Origin: Scenedesmus sp. PABB004
Lineage: Eukaryota
Assembly: GCA_014905635.1 (NCBI GenBank)
Contig: JABVCE010000002.1
Span: 868,001-932,000 of the forward strand
DNA length: 64,000 nt
Direction: 5' to 3'
This document shows positions 33,252 to 44,449 of this stretch, piece after piece. The notes beneath the pieces are model-generated. The model saw only the letters and a list, made by a program, of their open reading frames with translations, ran no database searches and had not been told where the DNA came from. How positions within the stretch are numbered: the stretch's first letter is position 1; every line of letters starts with the position of its first letter. Position numbers and translations under genes: made by a program.

Positions 33252-36121
33252 TCACTTGGAGGCCTGGGGCCGCGGCCACGACGCGGGGAGCAGCTTGGGC
33301 CCGGGCGGCTGGCGCAGGCGGCTGGCCTGGCTTCCCCGCATGGCGTGGAAGAGGTCGCTGGGGTAGACCGGCTTGGAGGCGTCGTACTGGATGTACCAGT
33401 CGCCCGCCTGGACCAGCGCGGCGCGGACGCGCGCGGCGGCGTGGGCGCGCGCGGCGGGGCCGGCGGCGGCGGGGCCGGGGCGGGGGGTGGCGGCGCGCGC
33501 GCGGGGGAGGGGGAAGGAGCCTCGTCGGCGCGCGGGTCTGCGCCGCGGCATCCGCACCTCGCGGATGTAGCGTGAGTTGGTGTCGAGCGGCATGTCGACC
33601 GCGACCTGGCCCCAGCCCTGCATGTACGCGGGCCGGTTGAAGACCAGCTCCTGCCCGTGGATGCGCTGCTGGCGGCGCTGGTAGCGCGCGTTGCTCGTGT
33701 CGGGCCGCCCCGGCACGGGGATGCGCGAGGCAAAGATGTTCCAAAACACGTTGTTGCTGCCGCCAAACGGAAAGTGCTGCGGGTCGCCCGACCAGTCCAT
33801 GGTCGACCAGCCCGACCCCTGCGCGGCGCGGCGGCGGCGGCGGGGTTCAACGGCGCGGGCCGGCCAGCGGGGCGGCGCTGGGGCGGGGCGGCCGCGGCGC
33901 GGGCCCCACGCGCTGCGCTGCGCTGCGCGGCGACGCGCGCGGCGGCGGTGGCGGCTGGGGCGCGCACCACGTCGATGTTTGTCCACAGGTTGTTGTGCGG
34001 CACGCCGCCGTGGTGGTCGAGCGTGAGGTCGGTGCCGATGCCGCTGCTGAACACGTTGTGCGCGCTGTAGCCGGCGACGAGGAGCTCGTGGTAGAACGAC
34101 CTGCCGGCGGCGGCGGCGGCGGGCGGGGTCACACGGCGGCGCGCGGCGGCGGCGGCCGGGGCGCGGCGCGGCGCGCACGAGCGAAGCAGCTGGCGCTGCA
34201 GCGCCTGCGCCGCCCTTGCCGTGTCAGCCTCCCTCTCCCGCGCGGCGCGCACCCGCTGATGTTGAACTTCTCGACCACGTTGTCGAAGCTCGCCCAGTGC
34301 AGCGCGATGCCCATGTGGCCGTCCTTGTCGGCGATGAGGCCGTCGGTGCGGCCGTTCCACTTGCCGCCCGCGCGGGGGCGCGTCTGCGCGATCTGCACGT
34401 CGCTGATGGTGCAGAACATGCTCGAGTAGAGCTTGATGTTGGCGTCCGAGTTGAGGATGCGCACGCGCCGCACCCACGAGTTGACCGCCGCCTCAAACTC
34501 GATCGCGTTGTAGCCCTTCTCTGCACGGCGGCGGCGGGCGGGGGAGGGGCATGGTGAGCACGGCACACGCGCGGGCGTGGCGCGCGCGGCGCAGCAAGCG
34601 GGGCGCAGCGAGCGGGGCGCGCGCGCGTGCGCGTGCCGCACCCTCGTGGTGTCCGAGGTAGGGCGTCCAGGGGAACTCGATGGCCAGGTCCTCGATGCCC
34701 ACGCCGGTGACCTTGAAGTTGGCCGACTTGTAGAGCAGCGGCTTGAACGCGAGCTGCACATCGACGTGCAGCGGGCGCTCGAGCTCCACCCAGTCGCTGC
34801 CGGACGCGAGCACGCGCGAGGAGTGGGTGAAGACCATGCGGTTGCCAAACATCGGCGCGACCTTGCTGCCCACGACGCCCTTGTAGTTCATCAGCGACTT
34901 GGCCAGGTCCGTCTGCGCGGCGGGAGCGAGGGGCAGCAGGGCGCGGGGCGCTCGGCGCTGCCGGCGCTGCCGGCGCGCTGGCTGCCAGGCGTGCGCTGCC
35001 GGCAGGCGCGCACTGACAGCGCGCGCTGCCCCAGCCCTTTCCCCGCCTTCCGGCTCACGTTTTTGTTCTCGTACATGCGCAGCGCCATCCACTGCCCGGG
35101 CACGAACACCTGGTCGGCGCGGCGCCCCGCGAGCGGCGTGCCGCTGAAGTCGGTATAGAGGCGGCGGTCGCCGCGGTTGGCGGGGCGCGAGACCTTGCCG
35201 AGGAACATGTCGTCGTTCCAGAGCTTCTCGGTGCGCTGCGTCTGAATGAGCGCGCCGAGCCAGGTGTAGGGGCTGTTGGAGCGGCCGGGCGTGTAGGACT
35301 TGCCCCAGCCAAAGAGGTCCTGCATGCTCTTGCTGATGTACAGCGTCGTCGCGTCGCGCCCCGCGCCGCGCAGCACCTGGTTGCTCGACAGCGTGAGCTG
35401 CGAGCTCAGGATGTACCTGCGCGTGTGTGCGGCGGCGGCGCCCGGCGCTCGGGCGCGGCGGCGGCACGCCGGCGCGCGCGCGCGGGCGCCCGCGCAGGCG
35501 CGGCGCACGCGCGGCCGCCGCACTCACTTGCCGGGCGGGAAGTAGATGACGCCGCCGGACTTCTTGGTCGCCTCCAGGGCCTTCTTGACCGCGGCGGTGT
35601 CGTCGCTGTAGCCGTTGCCGGCGGCGCCATACTTCTTGACGTCGGCGCTGACCGGGTAGCTCGGGATCGACGCCAGGCCCGCGCCGTACCCCGCGAACGA
35701 CCAGTCGCTGAGCGGGCCGGAGGGCTCCCAGGCCTCGCCGTCGCAGCCCCACATGCCGTTGGGCGCTGCGCGGCCGGCGGCGGCGGCGCGCCGCTCAGTC
35801 ACTCGGCAGCGGCCGCGGCGGTAGCGGCGGTGCGGCGCGCCGGGCGCCCCACCAGCCGCGGCGCGCTGCCTGGCGCCTGAGACTGCTGCGCGCCGCCCGT
35901 AGCGGCGCGGTGCGCGCCGCGTCCGCCCCCGGCGCGGCCTGGCGGGCGCGGTCAGCATCACCCGGCTCACCCTTGCCCTCCTTCTGCGCCTGCGGGCAGG
36001 AGCGCCCCACCGGCTGCGGCGTGTAGCTGCTCCAGCGCTGAAAGCTGGCCTGCGCCGCCCGGGCGCACGCGAGCGCCAGCACCAGCGCCAGCGCACGGCG
36101 GCAGGGGGCGGTGCCGGCCAT
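33252..36121 (-). CDS. Secreted parallel beta-helix protein (pectate-lyase-superfamily-like)
   Basis: Signal peptide RALALVLALACARA; DWSFAGY; DVKKYGAAGNGYSDDTAAVKKAL..GVIYFPPGK|YIL..VLRGAGRDATTL; GVGIEDLAIEF; NSWVRRVRILNSD; LDHHGGVPHNNLWTNID. About 8 introns. Confidence 0.82.
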
Positions 36122-36828
36122 CTCGCGGCGTGCGCGCGCCGGCTGGCCGCGGCCTGGCCTCGGGTCTGCACGCTATGAACAGGCTATGCAAGGTTCTGTA
36201 CACCGTGCAGGCGCGGGTCGGGCGGGGTCGCTTACGCGGCGGTCGAGCGGCCGGAAATCGAGCAGGCGGGCGCAGTACGACGCGTGGTGTGAGCAGAATG
36301 CGCGCTCACGCGCGGATGGCGGTCGCGTTCGACGATTAGGGTGACACCGCGCTCGTTACAGCGAGCGCGTGCCGGCTGGGGCGCCCTGCGAGCCGCCGCC
36401 GCTCGCGCGCTCCCCTCTGCTCGCGCCCGCCGGGCGAAGGCGCCGGGCGAAGGCAGGCGGCGGTCAGGCAGCCAAGGCCAGGCCATGCTGCGTCCTCTCA
36501 CCGCGTGCGTCGGCGCTGGCGGTGCCGCCCGCCAGCAGTCGGTCACCACGTCAGCGCCGCCGCCCAGCTGAACCGCACAAGCACGGCGCGCGGCAGCGAG
36601 CCCACACAGAATCTGATGGCTGGTTCGAGCTGCTGCGCACCTGGCGCTGCTGTCGGAGCACACCCACAGCTCGGCGCGACCGCCCACCCGCGCTGCCGCT
36701 GTCGCCGCCGCCACGGCGGGAGTTGAGCATCGACAAGCTTCGTGGCGGATCACTGATGGACTCTCTCGGTAGACCCAGCTGCAGCTGATCGGGTGCGGTG
36801 CGGGACGCCTGACTCTGCCAGTGTCGGG

Positions 36829-38268
36829 ATGCCTTCTTCGCCACGCGGCAAGGGCAAGGGAGAGCCTTCCCCGTTGCAGGTGAGCACGCTAACACGTGGA
36901 GTCAAGCTCCCGCCTCACCGCCGCCAGCCACCGGCTGCCGCCGCGCCGCCGCCAGCGCGCGCCAGGTGCGCGCTGCTGCTCGACGCCCCACCCGCCCACC
37001 CCCGCCCCCACACCCCCGCCCGGCTACCGCTACCGCTACCGCTACCGCTACCGCTGCCGCTGCCGCTGCCGCTGCCGCTGCCGCTGCCGCTGCCGCTGCC
37101 GCTGCCGCTGCCGCTGCCGCTGCCGCTGCCGCTGCAGGTGCTGGTCACGGGCGCCTCGGGCCAGACGGGCGTGCACGTGGTGCGCGCGCTGCTGGCGCAG
37201 CCCGGCGCCTTCACGCCGGCGGTGACCGTGCGCAGCGAGGCCGCGGCGCGCGCGATGCTCGCGCTCGGCCTGCCGCCGCGCGCCGTGTTTGGCGGCGTGG
37301 ACCTCGCTGGCGGCGAGCAGGGCGCCGCGGCGCTGCGCGCCGCGCTCGCGGGCCGCGACGCGCTGGTGATCTGCTCCAGCGCGGTGCCGCGCGTGGCGTG
37401 GGCGCCGACGCTGCTCGGCGGCGCGCGCGCATGGCTCGCGGCGAGGCTCGGCCGCGCCGACGTGCCGTTTGTGCCGGTCGTGACCTGGAAGGCCGGCCAG
37501 GCGCCCGAGGCGGTCGACTGGTTGGGGCAGCGGGCGCAGATCGACGCGGCGGCGGCGTGCGGCGTGGGGCACGTGGTGCTGGTCAGCAGCGCGGGCGGCT
37601 GCGACGCGCACCACTTTCTCAACCACATCGGCGGCGGCGACATGCTCAACTGGAAGGCGCGCGCGGCGCAGGGGCGGCGCAGGGCGCGGCGCGCGCGCGT
37701 GAGGCGCTGCGTGCGCGCGCCTGCCTGCGCGGCGGCCGGGCTGACGGCGCCCCGCCCGCCGCCGACGTGGCAGCGGCGCGCGGAGCAGCACCTGATCGCC
37801 AGCGGCCTGACCTACACCATCCTCCACCCCAACCGTGCGTGCCTGTGCAGACGCGCCGCACGGCGCCGGCGCGCGCGCGCTCGCGCGACGGGCCAGCGGC
37901 GCCGCACCCGCCGCCACCGCGCAGACCTGGTCGACCGGCCCGCCGGGCGGCACGTCGTCGTGCTGGGCGTCGACGACAGCCTGCAGGCGCCCCACTGGCG
38001 CGAGCGGCTGAAGATGCCGCGCGCCGACCTCGCCGCGCTCGCCGTCGCGGCGCTCGCGCTGCGCGACCGGGGGGCGGGCAACCGGTCGGTGGACGTTGCG
38101 GCGCGGCCGGCGCGCGCGGGCGAGGCCGCCACCACCACGCTGGAGCAGTTTGCGGCGCTGTTTGGCGGCATGAACGCCAACTGCAGCTACGCGATCAACG
38201 ACCGCACCGCGCCGGGCGCGGCGTGGGCGTGCAGCGGCCCGGGCGCTGCGGACGCGCCGGCCGCCTGA
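36829..38268 (+). CDS. NAD(P)-binding Rossmann-fold protein (atypical SDR/NmrA-like)
   Basis: Short exon 1 MPSSPRG..PLQ, then VLVTGASGQTG, DALVICSSAVP, PEAVDWLGQRAQIDAA, HVVLVSSAGG, MLNWK|RRAEQHLIASGLTYTILHP and MPRADLA. Confidence 0.88.
   Translation: MPSSPRGKGKGEPSPLQVSTLTRGVKLPPHRRQPPAAAAPPPARARCALLLDAPPAHPRPHTPARLPLPLPLPLPLPLPLPLPLPLPLPLPLPLPLPLPLPLQVLVTGASGQTGVHVVRALLAQPGAFTPAVTVRSEAAARAMLALGLPPRAVFGGVDLAGGEQGAAALRAALAGRDALVICSSAVPRVAWAPTLLGGARAWLAARLGRADVPFVPVVTWKAGQAPEAVDWLGQRAQIDAAAACGVGHVVLVSSAGGCDAHHFLNHIGGGDMLNWKARAAQGRRRARRARVRRCVRAPACAAAGLTAPRPPPTWQRRAEQHLIASGLTYTILHPNRACLCRRAARRRRARARATGQRRRTRRHRADLVDRPAGRHVVVLGVDDSLQAPHWRERLKMPRADLAALAVAALALRDRGAGNRSVDVAARPARAGEAATTTLEQFAALFGGMNANCSYAINDRTAPGAAWACSGPGAADAPAA
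37020..37134 (+). repeat. Intronic hexamer array (CCGCTA)n(CCGCTG)n
   Basis: About 19 hexamer units run directly into the CAG acceptor at 37135-37137. Confidence 0.9.
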
Positions 38269-38399
38269 CCGGCTCGGCGGGGCTGCCGAGCTGGTGGGGG
38301 TCGCCAGAGCTGGGGGCCAGCGGCGCACGTTGCACGCGACGCGCGCGCCGGGCCGCGCCCAGGCGCGCCGCTGCGCTCCCGCCTCGCGAGGCGCGCTCG

Positions 38400-40850
38400 C
38401 TAGCGGCCCTCGAGCTGGCCAAACACCTCGGCCTTGATGTGTGCAATAAACGCGGCCACGCCCGTGGGCGCCGGCCCCGCAGCGCCGCCGCCGCCGCCGC
38501 CGCCGGCCGCCGCGCCGCCGTCGGGGTCGTCCGGGTCGTCGATGAGCAGGCTGTCAAACAGCTCACTGCCCGCGCCGCCCTCGCGCACCAGCTCCACGTG
38601 CGTCGTCACGCGCCGCTCCTGCGCGCGCGCGGGGCGCGCCCCGGTCGCGCGCCCGCGGCCGGCGTGGGCGCGGCCGTGCCCGCGCCGGCGCTGCTGCCCC
38701 GGCTGCGCGCCCCGGCCGCGCCACCGCGCCGCACCCGCTTGATGTCCTCGACCGTGCGCCACAGCAGGCTGCCCGCCGGCGGCGGCCAGGGCATGTCCGG
38801 CGGCGCGCCCGCGCGCGCGACGACCAGGACCAGGATGAACGCGTCCAGCAGCAGCACCTGCGCCGCCACGCGCCCCTCCACGACGCCGCGCGCGACCGCG
38901 AGCGCCGCCGCCGCGCCGTCCGCGGCGGCGCCGCCCGCGGCCGCCGCGGCTGCCGCGCCGCGCGCCGCCGCCGCCGCCGCCGCGGCGAGCGCGTCGCCGT
39001 GCAGCGCGTCGCGGCTGAGCGGCAGGCCCGCCGCGATGCGCGTGTCGGCGTCGGCGTACGCTGACAGCGCCGGATAGACCGCGCAGCCGAGTTCACGCGG
39101 CGGCAGGCAGCACCAGAGGTGGTGCAGGTACGCGGTCAGGTCGCTGTGATAGGCCGCGGCCGACGACAGCAGCGGCGAGCGCAGCAGCGCAAACACGAGC
39201 CGCGGCAGCGGCGCCAGCGGCGGGCAGCTCTCAAACGCGAGGTCGACCTGCGGCGGCGCGCGCGGGCGGCGGCGGCGCGCGTCGTCGGCGGCGGCGTCGG
39301 CGGCAAAGCGGTGCGCGCGCGCCCCGCGCACCGGCAGCTGCAGCAGCTGCTCCGGCGTCGCGCGCATGAAGGAGTTGCGGTGGTAGTTCACGGTGAAGTG
39401 GACCAGCCAGTCGCGCAGCAGCAGGCGCGCCTCCGCCACGCTCTGCCCGCGCACGGCCTTGGTGATCTTGTGTGTGAGCACCGTCAGCACGGCGTCGGCG
39501 TCCACGCTGCCGTAGACTTCCGCGGGGCCCTGCGCCAGCGGCAGGCTGCCGGCGCGGCGCGGCGCGGCGGTCAGGCGCCGCCCGGCCCAGCCCGGCCGCG
39601 CGCCGTGCGCCGCGCGCGCCGCGCTCGCCGCACCGCATCGTGCACACGCGCAGGCGCCGCTGCAGCACAAAGCCGCCGCCGGCGCCGCCGCCCCGCGCCG
39701 CGTCGGGCGCTCGCGGGACGACCGCGCTGTACTGGAACGCGGCCTGCAGCGTGACGGCGCCGTCGCGCGGCGCGCCGCCGCCGCCTGCGTGCTCCAGGTC
39801 GAGCACGAAGGCCTGCCCCGGGTCGGCCGCGGGGACGTGGAAGAGGTCGCCGTGCGCCGCGTCGGCGTAGAGCCGCCCGTGGCCGCGCGCCACGCGCAGC
39901 GCGGGGCAGCAGCGCAGGCGTAGCAGCCCCGACAGCCCCCGCCGCGCCGACAGCCGCCTGCGCGGCACGGGCGCGGCGCGGCGCGGCGCGCGGTGGGCGC
40001 GGTCCGCAGGGCCGGCGCCGGCGCCGCGCCGGCGCCACGCCGCCGCCGCGCCGCCGCCGCGCCGCCGCCGCGCCGCCGCCGCCGCCGCGGCGCGCCTGAA
40101 CAGGTCCTGCGCGAGGCTCGCCTCCTCGGCGCTGGGGTACAAGAAGAGCGCCCCGCCGGTGCTGCTCACGAGCGGCTCGAGCGTGGCGAGGCCGACGAAG
40201 CCGCGCGCCGCGACAAAGAGGTCCACCACCACGCCCATGCTCGCGGCCACGAGGCCGGCCTGCTCGTAGAAGAGGCGCGACTCGGGGTCGGACACCGGGT
40301 GCAGCAGCGACGCCTCGGCCTGACGCGGGGCGCCGCGGGCGCGCCGGCGGCGGGTGGACGCGGCGCTCAGCGGCCGCCGGCGGCGGGCAGGGGCAGCCGC
40401 CGCAGCGGCCGCAGCCGCCCCCGCCCCGCACCCACCGCACCCACCTGGCGCCCCACGTCGCCGCTGCCGGGCGCGATGGTGCCGCCCGGCAGGCCCGCCG
40501 CCGCACTCGCCGCCACGGTCCGGCCATGGCCGGTGTCCGGCGGGCCAGACAGGAACACCACGAGCTGCGCCACGCCCGAGAAGCCGGCGCCCGCTCCGTC
40601 CGGGCCGCCGGCGCGTGGGCTGCCGGGGCCGCCGCCGCCGCCGCCCAGGCTCGCGTCCGCGTGCGGCGCGTTAAGGCCGCGCTGCGGCGAGGCGGCGCCG
40701 AGGCGCGCGGGTCAGCTGCGGGCCGCACGGCCAGCTTCGGCGCAGCGGGGCCCCGCAGCGCGCGACCGCACCAGGTACTCCAGCACCGCCTGCAGCGCCG
40801 GCCCGATCGCCCGGCAGGGCGGCGTCCGCCCGTTGCCGCCGCCGTGGTGT

Positions 40851-40913
<63 letters not shown>

Positions 40914-42125
40914 GCGCTGGCGGCGCCGGCGCGGGTGGGGCTGCCCGCCACGGGCGCCGCGCTGCGCTCCATGCCTGGCTGCTGCAGGCCAGCGCTCCTG
41001 CCCGCGTTGGCGGCCGACGACGGCTCCGGCAGCAGCAGGTCCAGGGCCTGCGGCGGCGGGAGCGTGCGGCGGGGGCTCCGCGGGCGCCTGCTTCCGGCTC
41101 GGCGCGCAGCCCCGCCTGCCCCACCACCCGCAAGCGCGCCTGCGCTATGCGCTGCCTCGCCACCGCCACGGGCGCCAGCAGCGCCGCCAGGGGCACCACC
41201 TCCTCCAGTGGCACCAGCACCGGCGCCGCGCCCAGCACCGGCAAGTGGTGCAGCATGGGGCCGCCGGGGCCTGGCGGCGTCGGCGGCGGAGGCGGAGGCG
41301 GAGGCGGAGGCGGGCGGGCCGGGCGGGGCGGGGCGGTCAGCGCGCCGCGCTCTGCCGCCGCGCCGCCGCCACCCGGCCGCCGCCGGGCCGCCGCCGCCCA
41401 CGAGGCCGCGTGCCTGCCAGGTCCACGAGCGTGACGACGTCCGACACGCCCACCAGGCCCACGAGGCTGCTCGGGTCGAGCGCGTCCAGCGCCGCCGGCA
41501 GCCCGCCGCGCAGCAGGTCGAGGCAGTCGTCCGGCCCTGCCACGTCCACGAGCAGCAGCGTGACCGGCACCGCGGCCGGCTGCGCGTGGTGCGGCTGCCC
41601 GTCCGCGCCGCCGTCCTGCAGCTCCGGGTCCACCACCGCCTCGTAGCACGCGCCCGCGAGCTCCGGGAGCTGCGCCCGCGCGCCCGGGTGGCGGCAGTAG
41701 CGCGCGTGCCAGGTCGTGAGGTGCGCCAGCTCCGTCTCGCGGCCGCACACGCTGCAGGTGAAGCTGCTGGCCTCGTCGTCCACGGCGCAGAGGTGGCTGA
41801 TGTACGCGTAGCAGTGCGCGCAGCGCCCGAGCGACGAGAGCAGCGGCGCACCCCCGCCGCCCGCGCCCGCCTCCCCCAGCGCCACGCCGCTCGCCAGCGG
41901 CTGCACCACGCAGGCCAGCGGCACGCCGCAGGCCTCCTGAAGCGGGGCTAAACAAAGCGGCGCGCGGCGGCGCGGCGCGGGCGCGGCGGCGGTTGGCGCC
42001 GCTGCTGCTGCGCGCCCCGCGGGCGGCGCGCAGGCGCCTGCGGCTCCGGCGCCCTGCCGCTGATCTGCTCCCAACCCGCGCTCACCCGTGGCGGGCACGC
42101 GCCGCAGCGTGAAGTCGACGCGCAT
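38400..42125 (-). CDS. Sec23/Sec24-family COPII protein (plant SEC23D-like)
   Basis: MRVDFTLRRVPAT|..CGVPLACVVQP; zinc finger RCAHCYAY..FTCSVCG; vWA trunk LLLVDV, VVFLSGPPDTGHG, VVVDLF..GLATLEPL..TGG; LLRLRC; LPRLVFALLRSPLL; gelsolin-like LLLDAF. Confidence 0.85.
40852..40912 (-). repeat. (CAG)n trinucleotide repeat encoding polyQ in the Sec23-like gene
   Basis: About 19-20 perfect GCT/CTG units. Confidence 0.9.
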
Positions 42126-42572
42126 CGTGGCCTTGCTGCTGCTGCCGCCGCCGCGGCGCGGGTGCGGCGGGGGTGCGGCGGGCGGCGAGTGGCGCCACAC
42201 GCGGCCGTGCCGATCTGGTGCTGTGTGGGTGGCAGGGGGAGGGGGCGGGCAGCGTGCGTGCCGCACGCGCGCGCGCTGCACCGCCGCCGGAGCGCGCTGC
42301 ACCGCCGCCGGCGACGGAGCGCAGAGCGCGCGGCCGTGGTGGCAGCTCGGAAACGTCGCAAAGCTACCGCTCACCGACTGCTGCACCGCCGGCAGGTCAC
42401 ACCGGCTGGCGCGGGCGGCGGCGGGCGCGTACCTCCCCGCCGTCACTGTGGCCGCAGCGCCGCACAGCTGCCGCAGCCTTAATCAGCATATTCTTGCGCG
42501 TGCCGCCCCGGTCTGCGGTCGCCCGAGCTGCGTCGGGCGCAGAGGCGCGCAAAGTGCTGCTCCCGCGCCCCG

Positions 42573-43953
42573 ATGGCTCGCCGCGCCCCGGCCGCGGTGC
42601 TGGTGCTGCTGCTGGTCGCGGTCGCGAGCTTGGACGCTGCGCGCCCTGGCGCAACGCGCGCGCCGGTAGGGGCAGCGGGAGCAAAGGTGGCGGCGCCGCC
42701 GCCGCGCGGGCAGCGGCGGGCGGCACCGCAGTGCCTGTGGCGCCCGGGGCCGGACGTCTGCGCGCTCAACCCCGCATGGGCGTTCGCCGACGCGGCGGCG
42801 CAGTCCGGCGCCGGCGCGGCGCAGCCGTTGGAGGACAGGTGCTGGCCAGCGGCGCCGGGGCGCACCTGACCAGGGCGCGCCGCTGGCCAGCGGCGCCGGG
42901 GCGCACCTGACCAGGGCGCCGCTGGTGTACGGCCAGCACACCGCCTCGCTCACCGGCGCACACGCGTGCGTGCCGCCGCCGCCGCCGCCGCCGCAGGCTG
43001 TTCCGGCGCATCACGGCGCAGCAGGCGCTCTGCCCGCACCACGGCAGCAGGTCCGCGTGCGCGGGCGAGGCGGGCGCGGCGTGCGCGTGGAACGGGCGCC
43101 TCGGCCGCTGCGAGGCTGACCGGTACGCGAGCTGGCTGCTGCCGCTCACGTGCGCGGGGTCGGAGGCGCGGGCGCTGCTGAGCTGCATGCCCAAGCCGAC
43201 GGCCGAGTGCCGCGCCGACCCCGCGTGCACGGACGAGCACGACGCGACCTGCCTGCCGCGCACGCTGCTGGCCAAGGCGCGCGCGGCCAACGCGACCGTG
43301 CACGGCGCGGTGGAGCGCGTCGCGCTCGGCGTGCTCAAGGGTGCGAGCGCGCCGCCTGCGACAGGGGTGTCAGCAGCGCCAGGCGGCGCCGCGCCCGCAG
43401 CCGCGCAGTGCGGCGCGCGCGCCGCCGACGCGCCGCGCGCGCGCCGCCCGCGCGCCGCCCAGGTGACAAGGCGGTCGTCGGCGGCTGCGTGGAGGGCAAG
43501 CTGCTCGGCCGCGTCGCGAAGCTGTGCCCCCACTCTGCGAGCTGGGGCCGCTGCAGCTCCAAGTTCTGCACCTTTGAGGTCCCGCCGTACCTGCCGCAGC
43601 GGCCGGCGGCGGCGGCCCCAGCGGCGCAGCAGCAGCCGGGCGCCGGCGGCGTCGCGTCGGCCTACATGCGGCCGCCGACCGCGACGCCGGGCGGGCTGAG
43701 CTACTACGGCGAGCACCCCGCGCCGCTGTGCGGCGTCGACACCGAGCGCCTGCGCCTGCCGGCGCAGCTCGCGGCGGTGCTGGGCGTGAGCGCGGGGCTC
43801 GCGCGCCGCGCGGCGGCCGCGGACGCCGCGTGCAGGGCGCAGGACAGCATCACGTTTGACGCCGTCACGCACACCGCCGCGTGCGGGACCGCCACCATCT
43901 CGTACGACCCGTCCGCACTCGCGGCGGCCGCGGCGGGCGCCAAGGCCGCCTAG
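42573..43953 (+). CDS. Secreted cysteine-rich protein of unknown function
   Basis: Signal peptide MARRAPAAVLVLLLVAVASL; many spaced Cys (QCLW..VCALNP, CMPKPTAECRADPAC..TCLP, GGCVEG..LCPH..RCSSKFC). Two introns; stop TAG 43953. Confidence 0.65.
42841..42925 (+). repeat. 41 bp tandem duplication at an intron 5' end
   Basis: GCTGGCCAGCGGCGCCGGGGCGCACCTGACCAGGGCGC occurs at 42841 and again at 42882. Confidence 0.85.
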
Positions 43954-44449
43954 GCGGCGCGGGCGCTCTCACTGTACTCATTGTCTTCATCATTCGCCTT
44001 CAGGCAGTTGATTCTTTGGCGCGCGTGATTGTGATCGGTCGGTCGAGAGGGAGAGTGCCCGGCCCGGCCGCCGCGCGCTGCAGCCAGCCCGCGCGCCGGG
44101 CCGGCCGACGGAAGGCTGGCGGCCGGGGCGTTGACGCAGCGGCGATAGCGCCCTGCGAGCGTGTGACGTTGAGCCGGCCGCGGCTAACGCGGTCGGGGTG
44201 GGGGGACTCTGCGCGGGCGCGGCCCGCGTCAGCCGAGCGGCCGCAGTGCAAAAGGGCTCTGCGCGTCCGCGCGACGGCGCAGCACTCAGGCGTCGCGGCG
44301 TCAGTGCCGGTGCAGACACCCACGTCGTCCCCGAGCTGCCCGTCAGCCCCATCGCTCGCTTTGCAGCGAGTGAGAGAGAGCAGCGGCGGCCGGCGGCAGC
44401 GCGCGAGGGGCCGACAGATCTCGCCCACCGCCTGATCGGTCTCGTCGTC

